Shown piece by piece: positions 42,588 to 50,035 of a DNA stretch of 64,000 bases (position 1 is its first letter; each line of letters starts with the position of its first letter). Below the pieces are notes generated by a model. It did no database searches. It was not told the origin of the DNA and saw only the letters and a list, made by a program, of their open reading frames with translations. The stretch covers positions 176,769-240,768 of the forward strand of contig JAUSHI010000009.1 of assembly GCA_030648055.1 (NCBI GenBank), read 5' to 3'. Source of the stretch: a bacterium. GTDB lineage: Bacteria; Patescibacteriota; Minisyncoccia; Sungbacterales; SURF-37. A program made the position numbers and the translations under genes.

Positions 42588-43676
42588 ATGACGCAGGTAT
42601 TGTATAGAAAATATCGGCCGAAAGATTTTTCGGAAGTGATTGGGCAGGAGCATGTGGTTAGGCCCATTACTAATGCCATTAAGCTTGGCAAGGTTGCGCA
42701 CGCTTATTTATTTTCCGGCCCGAGGGGGGTGGGGAAGACCACCATTGCGCGCCTTATCGCCAAGGCCGCGAATTGCCAGGGTGCTTCAGCGAAGCCTTGT
42801 AACAAATGCGCCCCTTGCGTTTCTTTTAACGAAGGCAAAGTTCTTGATTTGATTGAAATTGACGCGGCGTCAAACCGTGGCATTGATGAAATCCGCGAGC
42901 TTCGCGAGTCAGTGAGGTTTTCGCCAGCCGGTGGCGGTAAAAAAGTTTATATTATTGATGAAGTGCACATGCTTACCAAAGAAGCGTTTAACGCGCTTTT
43001 GAAAACATTGGAAGAGCCGCCGGAGCACGCGATATTTGTTCTTGCCACAACCGAGCTTGATAAAGTTCCGGCAACAATTATTTCGCGTACCCAGCATTAT
43101 GATTTTAGGCGCCCGCAAATGCCGGAAATCGTGAAGCGTCTGGAAATTGTGGCCGCGCTGGAAAATGTCAGTCTTGAAAATCAAGCTGCGCATACTATTG
43201 CTTTTGTTGCCGAGGGTTCGCTTCGCGACGCGGAAAGCATTTTAGGGAAAATTCTCGCGATTGAAGATAAAAAAGTAACCGAAGAAGAAGTCAACGAGAT
43301 TTTGGGAGTACCGAAAAGGGCTCTTTTACGGGGTATGTTTCAGAGCGTCGTAGCTCGTGATTCAAGCAGTGCCTTCAGGCTTGTGAATGATTTGGTTAGC
43401 GGCGGATACGACAATGCTTTCGCGATAAAAATGTTAATACAATATTTTCGCAATATGCTTCTTTTGCGGATTGATCCGACATTAACCGAAATCATCAAGC
43501 AGGAGATGCCGGAGGAAGACATGATGTTTGTCGTGGAGCAGGGGAAAGCATTTTCGGACCTGAAAGTAAAGCACGCGCTTTCCACCCTGATTGATGCTTT
43601 GGCAAATTTAAAAAAATCCCCGATTCCCCAGCTTCCGTTAGAGCTCGCCCTTCTGGAAATCATCCAAAAAGAATAA
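42588..43676 (+). CDS. dnaX: DNA polymerase III gamma/tau subunit (short form)
   Basis: Walker A GPRGVGKTT, zinc module CQGASAKPCNKCAPC, DEVHML box and SRTQHYDFRR sensor. Confidence 0.9.
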   Translation: MTQVLYRKYRPKDFSEVIGQEHVVRPITNAIKLGKVAHAYLFSGPRGVGKTTIARLIAKAANCQGASAKPCNKCAPCVSFNEGKVLDLIEIDAASNRGIDEIRELRESVRFSPAGGGKKVYIIDEVHMLTKEAFNALLKTLEEPPEHAIFVLATTELDKVPATIISRTQHYDFRRPQMPEIVKRLEIVAALENVSLENQAAHTIAFVAEGSLRDAESILGKILAIEDKKVTEEEVNEILGVPKRALLRGMFQSVVARDSSSAFRLVNDLVSGGYDNAFAIKMLIQYFRNMLLLRIDPTLTEIIKQEMPEEDMMFVVEQGKAFSDLKVKHALSTLIDALANLKKSPIPQLPLELALLEIIQKE

Positions 43677-43680
43677 ATAA

Positions 43681-43718
43681 ACAACATTCTCACATTCTTG
43701 AGAATGTGAGAATGTTGT
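43681..43718. repeat. Palindrome P2 copy 1 (18-2-18)
   Basis: ACAACATTCTCACATTCT-TG-AGAATGTGAGAATGTTGT. It lies 5 nt after the dnaX stop and 15 nt before the ArsR ATG. Confidence 0.9.
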
Positions 43719-43733
43719 GGTAGGTTGTGGGGT

Positions 43734-44021
43734 ATGGGAAAAGCAATAAAAACCGCAAAACAGCTTGAGAGGCACCTAAAGGGCATTGCCAATCATCGGC
43801 GTATTGAAATTTTGTCGTTAGTTGCCGAAAGTAATGGAGTTTCGCTTGAGGATATCGCCGAAAACTTGGGTTGTAATATAAAGACCATTTCTGAGCACGC
43901 CCGGCGTTTGGCGCAATCCGGCTTGATTCGTAAAGAGTATCGGGGTAGGCGGGTAATTCACACGTTGTCGCCTTACGGTAAAATTTTTTATAAGTTTTTA
44001 TCAACATTCTCACATTCTTGA
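43734..44021 (+). CDS. ArsR/SmtB-family winged-helix regulator (paralog 1)
   Basis: LKGIANHRRIEILSLV..SLEDIAENLGCNIKTISEHARRLAQSGLI. The 3' end reads through palindrome P2 copy 2. Confidence 0.75.
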   Translation: MGKAIKTAKQLERHLKGIANHRRIEILSLVAESNGVSLEDIAENLGCNIKTISEHARRLAQSGLIRKEYRGRRVIHTLSPYGKIFYKFLSTFSHS

Positions 44022-44037
44022 GAATGTGAGAATGTTG
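44002..44037. repeat. Palindrome P2 copy 2 (17-2-17)
   Basis: CAACATTCTCACATTCT-TG-AGAATGTGAGAATGTTG. Confidence 0.9.
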
Positions 44038-44063
44038 GAGAGTGAGGAGAAAGAGGGTTTTGT

Positions 44064-44134
44064 TGCGGGATCGTCTAATGGTAGGACACTGCCCTTTGAA
44101 GGCAGGTATCTTGGTTCGAATCCAAGTCCCGCAG
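44064..44134 (+). tRNA. tRNA-Gln (anticodon UUG), CCA not encoded
   Basis: Acceptor TGCGGGA/TCCCGCA, anticodon stem-loop CTGCC-CTTTGAA-GGCAG and T arm TTGGTTCGAATCCAA. A T-run follows. Confidence 0.85.
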
Positions 44135-44171
44135 TTTTATATAGAAAAAAGGTGGGGAAAAATAGTAAACT

Positions 44172-44326
44172 AACATTCTCACATTCTCAAGAATGTGAGA
44201 ATGTTGTGGGAAAGAAGTCCGGCAGAAATAACATCCTTACAAACTGGAGTTTGTAAGGATGATGTTGGGGATGGGGAGGGTGTTTGGGGGAATCTGTGCC
44301 GTGGGCGCATTAGTTTTGGTTAACAA
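44172..44326 (+). repeat. Direct repeat, left copy (~155 bp, begins with palindrome P2 copy 3 with CA centre)
   Basis: ACATTCTCACATTCT-CA-AGAATGTGAGAATGT, then AAGAAGTCCGGCAGAAATAACAT.CTTA.AAACTGGAGTTTGTAAGGATGA.. It is shared with 45132-45290. Confidence 0.85.
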
Positions 44327-44405
44327 GCCCCGTAGCTTTGGAGGAGCGAGTTGTATAAATTGGCGGGTGAATCACCAGTCTTTACGCGGTTTTACTTAGT
44401 GCCAT

Positions 44406-44442
44406 GTTAACCATTGACGTGTCGGTTAACATAGATTATAAT
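44406..44442 (+). promoter_or_regulatory. Promoter of the HTH-doc operon with an inverted repeat bracketing the -35
   Basis: TTGACG-17 nt-TATAAT, then 8 nt to ATG 44451. GTTAACC..GGTTAAC lies around the -35. Confidence 0.6.
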
Positions 44443-44450
44443 TTGCAAAT

Positions 44451-44702
44451 ATGGATAAAGAATTTACTACAAGCGAAGTGGCAAAGCTTTTGGGTATAAG
44501 CCGGGTAGCAGTCTTTAAGAAAATTAAATCCGGCGATATTAAGGCAAAGAAAATAGGGCGCAATTTTGCTGTGGATAAAAAAGATTTACCGGAAATACTT
44601 GGTGCGGTATTGCGTGAAGACGAAAAGCGAGAAATAGAAAAAGCCGTCAAAAAAACGGTTAGAGAATACGGTCAAACATTAAAGCTATTAGGTAAAGAAT
44701 GA
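44451..44702 (+). CDS. Helix-turn-helix (excisionase/MerR-like) DNA-binding protein, probable antitoxin
   Basis: FTTSEVAKLLGISRVAVFKKIKSGDIKAKKIGRNFAV. There is a 4-nt overlap with the Doc gene. Confidence 0.7.
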   Translation: MDKEFTTSEVAKLLGISRVAVFKKIKSGDIKAKKIGRNFAVDKKDLPEILGAVLREDEKREIEKAVKKTVREYGQTLKLLGKE

Positions 44703-45121
44703 AACCCTTAACAATTGTTGAAGTAGAATACGTGGCGCATAGCTTAGCGCGCGAGATTATGACATGGGACGAGCCAATTCCTGATTTCGGCACACGCCGC
44801 CCTAATATATTGGAAGGATGTCTCGTGACCCCATTTCAGTCATTTAGCAGAAAAAATTTATACGAAGGGCTAATTGGAAAAAGCGCGATCCTTTTTTATC
44901 TCATGGTCAAAAACCACCCATTTCAGAATGGCAATAAACGAATTGCAATGACTACTATGTTGTATTTTTTGGATAGAAATAAAAAATGGTTAAGAGTTGA
45001 TAATCAAGAGCTTTATAATTTTGCAAAATGGGTAGCAGAATCAAACCCAAAATTAAAAGCTGAAACGGTGGTGGCAACAGAAAAATTCATCAAAACTTAC
45101 TTAATAGATTATGAAAATTGA
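44699..45121 (+). CDS. doc: Fic/Doc family toxin (death-on-curing type)
   Basis: HPFQNGNKRIAM matches the Doc H-x-F-x-[DN]-[AG]-N-K-R motif. Confidence 0.8.
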   Translation: MKPLTIVEVEYVAHSLAREIMTWDEPIPDFGTRRPNILEGCLVTPFQSFSRKNLYEGLIGKSAILFYLMVKNHPFQNGNKRIAMTTMLYFLDRNKKWLRVDNQELYNFAKWVAESNPKLKAETVVATEKFIKTYLIDYEN

Positions 45122-45131
45122 AGGATGAAAG

Positions 45132-45290
45132 GACATTCTCACATTCTCAAGAATGTGAGAATGTCGCGATAAAGAAGTCCGGCAGAAATAACATACTTAT
45201 AAACTGGAGTTTGTAAGGATGAGGTTGGGGAGAAGGGTGGGGTGGTGGGGGGAATTTGAGCCATGGGCGCTTTAGTTTTCGGTTAATAAG
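45132..45290 (+). repeat. Direct repeat, right copy (begins with palindrome P2 copy 4 with CA centre)
   Basis: Roughly 85% identical by eye to 44172-44326. Confidence 0.85.
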
Positions 45291-45400
45291 GCCGGCAGAA
45301 TAAAATACTAGTATTGCTTTCTGGGATAATCGCTGTTTTTGTCTAGCGGGGTATCAGGTTTGAATAGGTATAGAAATAATCAAATAAATTTATAACCACA

Positions 45401-46048
45401 ATGATTAAATCGAAAGTAAAATCATTTGATTGGAAAACATTTTCAATGAAGGCTAAGAAGCTGCTTGAATTTGCTTCTCGATCTACTATTGCTCCAGTTA
45501 ATGCTGGTCGTTGGGAAGAAATAGTTTTTCATATTTTAAAAAATATGGGGCAAAAGTATAAAGGCGGCGACCCTAAATGGGAAGTTGGATCCCACGCACC
45601 AGGCGCTGACTTATGGATTGATTTATTTGCTATTTCAGCTAAAGCGGGTGGCATTCAAAACTCCACACTGTCTATTTCATCTTATAGATTAACTCAGTTT
45701 AAGAATCTTGATGCAATGATTGAGTTTATCGATGGGGATGGAAAAAATTTTGATATTTACCTTTACTGTGCTCGAATAGATAACGCTGATGGGAGCAGAA
45801 CCTATAAAGTATTTGTTGTATCAGCTGATATATTCATAGCAAAAAAACTTAAATGGACTAAGCAAATTTCTCATGGAAATAAAATTTCTGGCTGGCATGG
45901 GCTCAGTAATAATGGTGTTGAAGTAAATATACAGAAAAATATGTCTAATCAACTTTGGATAAAAATACCCCTTGCCTTATGTTTACAGATCAGCGAGGTT
46001 AATATTTCTCAAAAATTTCTTGGCTCATCACTTAGTGAAGTGATTTAA
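45401..46048 (+). CDS. Candidate type II restriction endonuclease partner (unknown family)
   Basis: Convergent with the MTase gene, with stops 32 nt apart. Possible PD-(D/E)xK-like PGADLWIDLFAISAKAG. The assignment is by context only. Confidence 0.45.
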   Translation: MIKSKVKSFDWKTFSMKAKKLLEFASRSTIAPVNAGRWEEIVFHILKNMGQKYKGGDPKWEVGSHAPGADLWIDLFAISAKAGGIQNSTLSISSYRLTQFKNLDAMIEFIDGDGKNFDIYLYCARIDNADGSRTYKVFVVSADIFIAKKLKWTKQISHGNKISGWHGLSNNGVEVNIQKNMSNQLWIKIPLALCLQISEVNISQKFLGSSLSEVI

Positions 46049-46080
46049 GCATAAAAGACTAGTTCTTAAAAAAAGATAAG

Positions 46081-47604
46081 TTAAAATAATTTCGGCACTA
46101 TTTTTGTGTTGTCTACTCTTTTTTTTGCCATGCGTATATAGTCTGGGTTAATCTCAAAACCAATATACGATTGCCCTAATTCTTTTGCGGCTACGCATTC
46201 TGAACCGGTGCCGACAAATGGTATTAATACAACACCATTTTTTTTAGGTATAGCCGATTTAATTAATTTTCTTGAAAGTTCAAGTGGTTTTTGTGTCGGG
46301 TGTTTCATAATTTTGTGTTCGCTGTGTTTTTGTAACTGCCGTGGTTCAAAGACGCCATTGCAAGTTTTACACAAAAACCACCGCTCAATCATTCCCGCTC
46401 CTCCGGCCAAGGCGGCGATTTTGAGGACATCTCGTGGTAATGCGCCTCCTGCGTGAGCTTTATAGACGGTTTCTAGCCCGCTTTTACTAAATCTGCCAAT
46501 TGTTCCTTTTCTTATTTTACCGGCGGCTCCGTTTAGAAAGCCATCAGTGTAGGGCTCCCTAACTTCATCTCTATTGAAAACCGGTTTGTCTTTCCAGGCA
46601 CAGATAATAGCTTCGTGGCTTCTCTGCCAAAAATTGAGTGAAGCAACATTTTTATTTGTGTAATGCCAAATAAGCCATCGTTTATGGATTGGCATTTCAA
46701 CCGAAAGGTGGGCTAAAATCTCACTAAATCCATATATAAACATTGTTCCGGTGGGTTTCATAATTCTTATAGATTCATTGATCCATTTTTTGCACCACGC
46801 GACATATTCACTTAATTCTCTTTTGTCGATATTATTTCCAAAATCCTTTCCAATATTATACGGAGGATCAATAATGATAACATCGCAACTTTCGTCAGGA
46901 AGTTTCCTTAGTTCTTGAATGGCATCTCCTAAAATTATTTGATTGAGTGGTAATTTTCTTTCCCTCCTTTGTTCTTTTGTTATTGTGATTTTTTCTACCT
47001 GTAGTTCTTCCTCGTTTTTAATAACGTCAAGGACGACTCCTTGAATTTTAATATCTCGGTCTTTTCTTAAAATAATCGGTTCAAAAGTTTTATTTGCCGG
47101 TTGGAGGCGGATATGTCCTTGTTCGCGATAGTATTTTTTGAGTGTTGCCTCGTGATTGTCAATAAGTGCAACGACTTTTTGTCCATTTTCAGCTGTTTCT
47201 TGTTGGCGCACTAAAACAACATCTCCATCATTTATATTTTCATCAATCATGCTATTGCCGACTACGCGGAGGGCGTAAACTTCTGATGATGGAGGAATTT
47301 TGTTTTTTGGTACAGCAATAAATTCTTTTTGCTGGATTGCTTCAATAGGTTCGCCAGCGGCAATGGTGCCGAGGAGGGGAATGCGTATAAGTTTGGTTGG
47401 AGTGTTCACTATTCTTATTCCTCGCGCGCGGCCGGGCTCTTTTTCCACATATCCTTTATTCTGTAATGCGGTCAGGTGTTCGTGGGCAGTGGAGGGGGAG
47501 ATATGGAATCGTCGCGCAACTTCTCGTTCCGATGGCGCTACCTCCTTTTTAGATATCGCTTTTGCGACGAAATCTTTTATTTGTTTTTGGCGAAGCGTAA
47601 GCAT
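46081..47604 (-). CDS. Fusion protein: complete LexA (wHTH plus S24 peptidase) joined to a beta-class N4/N6 DNA methyltransferase
   Basis: Single 507-aa ORF. It contains a LexA HTH, Ala-Gly site LLGTIAAGEPIEA, Ser (VVGNSM) and Lys (ATLKKYY). These are followed by IIIDPPYNIG (motif IV) and then IPFVGTGSECVAA (motif I). Confidence 0.85.
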   Translation of the reverse strand: MLTLRQKQIKDFVAKAISKKEVAPSEREVARRFHISPSTAHEHLTALQNKGYVEKEPGRARGIRIVNTPTKLIRIPLLGTIAAGEPIEAIQQKEFIAVPKNKIPPSSEVYALRVVGNSMIDENINDGDVVLVRQQETAENGQKVVALIDNHEATLKKYYREQGHIRLQPANKTFEPIILRKDRDIKIQGVVLDVIKNEEELQVEKITITKEQRRERKLPLNQIILGDAIQELRKLPDESCDVIIIDPPYNIGKDFGNNIDKRELSEYVAWCKKWINESIRIMKPTGTMFIYGFSEILAHLSVEMPIHKRWLIWHYTNKNVASLNFWQRSHEAIICAWKDKPVFNRDEVREPYTDGFLNGAAGKIRKGTIGRFSKSGLETVYKAHAGGALPRDVLKIAALAGGAGMIERWFLCKTCNGVFEPRQLQKHSEHKIMKHPTQKPLELSRKLIKSAIPKKNGVVLIPFVGTGSECVAAKELGQSYIGFEINPDYIRMAKKRVDNTKIVPKLF

Positions 47605-47640
47605 AAGAATAGTATATCATGTGTACCCGAGCAAAACCCG
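47605..47640 (-). promoter_or_regulatory. Putative promoter/operator of the LexA-MTase gene (leaderless geometry)
   Basis: Minus strand TATACT ends 6 nt before the ATG. The -35 is weak. A tandem GCTCGGGT x2 lies upstream, and the imperfect palindrome GTATATCATGTGTAC overlaps the -10. Confidence 0.4.
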
Positions 47641-47906
47641 AGCAGTTATCCACAGGCGGTTTTTGGGTTGTCGGTTGAGTTTTTGTGGAAATTGTGCAAT
47701 GCCTGATGATTTGAGTATAATCCAAGAACCCTCCACCTTTGTCAAAGACTTCGGCGAGGCGAAGCTCGCCTCTGTTGAGGACTTCGGTGAGACAAAGCAC
47801 GAAACACCTGCCTTCGTTGAGGACTCCGGCGAGGCGCGTAGTTGTTCCTATACAAAAATCTGGAAGGGGAATATAATGGAATAGTTATCAATTAAACAAA
47901 GAAAAT

Positions 47907-48161
47907 ATGGCAAAATCCACTTCGGCTTTTATGAAGCCGCTTCGCGTAAGTCAAGACCTGGCCGCAGTAGTCGGCAATGGTCCTATGCCCAGGTCAGAAG
48001 TCGTTAAAAAACTTTGGGTATACATTAAAAAGAACGGTCTCCAGGACAAGGAAAATAAGCGCAATATCAACGCCGATGAGAATTTGAAAAAGGTTTTTGA
48101 CGGCAAAAAGACCGTTAATATGTTTGAAATGACAAAGCTTGTATCCAAGCACCTTTCGTAG
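47907..48161 (+). CDS. SWIB/MDM2 domain protein
   Basis: KPLRVSQDLAAVVG..PMPRSEVVKKLWVYIKKNGLQDKENKRNINADENLKKVF is a typical stand-alone SWIB sequence. Confidence 0.8.
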   Translation: MAKSTSAFMKPLRVSQDLAAVVGNGPMPRSEVVKKLWVYIKKNGLQDKENKRNINADENLKKVFDGKKTVNMFEMTKLVSKHLS

Positions 48162-48198
48162 TTCGGTTATATTAGAACAAAAAATTAGGGAAAATTAC

Positions 48199-48221
48199 AA
48201 AAACCCGCAACGCGGGTTTTT
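48199..48221 (+). terminator. Intrinsic terminator after the SWIB gene
   Basis: AAAACCCGC-AAC-GCGGGTTTTT. Confidence 0.7.
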
Positions 48222-48292
48222 GTAGCGGTAAAGGCGCAATGGTTGCCGGGGCTTGCGTTTCTTTTTTGCTGGGTTTTGGGTAAAATAAAGGC

Positions 48293-48430
48293 ATGATGTA
48301 CGGATATAATTGGTCAATGATGGGGAGCTGGGGCGGCTGGGGGCTTTTTATGACCCTCACCTGGCTTGTGTGGACGGCCGTCGGCGTTCTCCTTATCGTT
48401 TGGCTCTGGAAAAAGATTTCAGGGAAATAA
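48293..48430 (+). CDS. Small (45 aa) Gly/Trp-rich single-TM peptide
   Basis: MMYGYNWSMMGSWGGWGLFMTLTWLVWTAVGVLLIVWLWKKISGK. It is below the ORF-track size cut-off. The pattern resembles widespread small membrane peptides. Confidence 0.4.
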   Translation: MMYGYNWSMMGSWGGWGLFMTLTWLVWTAVGVLLIVWLWKKISGK

Positions 48431-48504
48431 TTTCCCGATCCCCCCCATGAAGGGATGTGTCATAAATATTAAAACGCTCTCGCTTGAAAACGAGAATTTT
48501 CGCA

Positions 48505-48543
48505 AAACAAAAATCGCCCCTTGATTAACGCGGGCGGTTTTTG
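48505..48543. terminator. Bidirectional terminator between convergent small ORFs
   Basis: CGCCC-12 nt-GGGCG is flanked by an A-run upstream and a T-run downstream. Confidence 0.5.
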
Positions 48544-48558
48544 ATATTCGAGCGGGGA

Positions 48559-48741
48559 TTACATTCCCATTGGTGGCTGTTGCCCTCCCTTTCCTTTCCA
48601 GAGCGCGAGCCAGAAACCGACGAGCGCCACAATCGCCATCGTGATTTGGGTGGCAATTCCGTAGCCGTACTGCCAGCTGCCCCAAACAGAGACAAGGCCG
48701 ATGACGACGAGCGCCCATCCGAGCATTTTTTTGTTCATCAT
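48559..48741 (-). CDS. Small two-TM membrane protein
   Basis: MMNKKMLGWALVVIGLVSVWGSWQYGYGIATQITMAIVALVGFWLALWKGKGG. The internal ATG is preferred. Confidence 0.45.
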   Translation of the reverse strand: MMNKKMLGWALVVIGLVSVWGSWQYGYGIATQITMAIVALVGFWLALWKGKGGQQPPMGM

Positions 48742-48980
48742 ATTTTGACGTGAATTATGAATAATTAAGAACATTCGAACCTTCTTTTATTATACCACGG
48801 GCCGCCCTTACGATTATCCACAATGGATGTTGTGGTTGGGACTTACATATTATGCGTTGAGGCGGGCCGATTTCCGAGCTTTACGGAGTTATTCTTGAAC
48901 TCACAGTATTCTCACATACTTTATAAGGGGGCTGGGGTATGAATTGAATCGTTTTTTCGTTGCTTGCGGTGATTCATTGT

Positions 48981-49004
48981 ACAATTCCATAGAATTGTCC
49001 TATG
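48981..49004. repeat. Palindrome P1 copy d (left arm truncated)
   Basis: ACAATTC-CATA-GAATTGTCCTATG. Confidence 0.8.
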
Positions 49005-49116
49005 ATGCATGAGGAGATATTTGTGTATAAGAGCGCGAGTAAAAGAGTGGCTAAATCAAGGCAAAAATAAACAAAGATGTCTATTTTTAGCAAAGTTTTT
49101 AAAGGTGTATAAAAAT

Positions 49117-49890
49117 ATGAAAAGTATTGAGGGTAATTTTAATAGCCGTGGCAAAGAAGGATTATCAAGGCGTGAGTTTTTGGGGGTTCTCGGCGGTGCG
49201 GGCGCCATGGCCTTTTCTTGCGGTCCAGGAAAAATATTTGCGCAGGGGGAAGGCGAGAGACCTTCGCGTTATGAAAAGCATGAGTGGTTTTATTCGTCGG
49301 AAGAGATGGCTAGAGTTTATGAGCAGGAATACAACGGCGAAAAAATTCTGCAAAATACTGTAAGGAGAGAGAGTGATGCCTGGGTTGGTACTATTTATGG
49401 AAAAAAATTTGAAGTGTCAAATGAATTTATTGAGAAAACCTTAGGTCATTTGCGCGACATGCTTACACAAAACGCTGCGCGTTACATTTTCAGGTTGGAT
49501 GCTTTTCATGGCCATCTTTTTGTTCCAACAAGTGAATTTGAGGCTAGATTCTCGCCATTGGAGCCCCATGAACAAGCGCGCCTCATAATGGATTATTATT
49601 CGCTTGGGGTGCTTTATCATAACAGTGAACATTTAAAAATTGACGATCAGGATCGCGAAGCCGCGATATTATATAAAAGAAGAAATGTAATCGGTTGGTA
49701 TGATGGCCGTTCCATCGCAATTTTACCCTTGCCCAAAGGCAAAGAAAGCGCGGCTCCTATTCCAAGTGACATGAATGATCTTTATCCTTATTTAAGGTTT
49801 GCTGCTCATAAAGATGGTGTTTTTTCACTTAATTCGGGGGGTAGAGAAATTCGGCTTGATTTAACTTTTGATGATATGACCTATTATTAA
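49117..49890 (+). CDS. Hypothetical exported protein with twin-arginine-type signal
   Basis: MKSIEGNFNSRGKEGLSRREFLGVLGGAGAMAF (S-R-R-x-F-L). The upstream part of the track ORF is probably untranslated. Confidence 0.55.
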   Translation: MKSIEGNFNSRGKEGLSRREFLGVLGGAGAMAFSCGPGKIFAQGEGERPSRYEKHEWFYSSEEMARVYEQEYNGEKILQNTVRRESDAWVGTIYGKKFEVSNEFIEKTLGHLRDMLTQNAARYIFRLDAFHGHLFVPTSEFEARFSPLEPHEQARLIMDYYSLGVLYHNSEHLKIDDQDREAAILYKRRNVIGWYDGRSIAILPLPKGKESAAPIPSDMNDLYPYLRFAAHKDGVFSLNSGGREIRLDLTFDDMTYY

Positions 49891-49953
49891 TTCATGGGGG
49901 GCGATTAACGGCTCGAAGTTTTTAGTTTATTGAAAGATTTTTTAGTGGTTATA

Positions 49954-49977
49954 AGGACAATTCTATGGAATTGTCCT
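49954..49977. repeat. Palindrome P1 copy e (centre inverted: TATG)
   Basis: AGGACAATTC-TATG-GAATTGTCCT, 58 nt upstream of the ArsR paralog 2 ATG. Confidence 0.85.
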
Positions 49978-50035
49978 ATGATGTTTGTGTAAGTGTAAGA
50001 ACGGCGAGTAAAAGTAACTAAGTTAAAACAAAAAT

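Noticed and set aside
44026-44256. 76-aa GTG-initiated ORF
   Set aside because: It overlaps tRNA-Gln and palindrome/direct-repeat sequence, so it is an artefact of non-coding DNA.
47300-47884. 194-aa plus-strand ORF spanning the LexA-MTase 5' end and the intergenic repeats (peptide repeat FVKDFGE/SVEDFGE/FVEDSGE)
   Set aside because: Its first half is antisense to the well-supported LexA domain. The peptide repeat simply reflects the DNA repeats in the SWIB leader.
47646-48822. Two perfect DnaA-box 9-mers TTATCCACA (47646-47654 and 48814-48822) as a possible oriC
   Set aside because: There are only two boxes, 1.2 kb apart. No AT-rich unwinding element cluster or dnaA/dnaN context is present. 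About 0.5 perfect matches are expected by chance in 64 kb on both strands.
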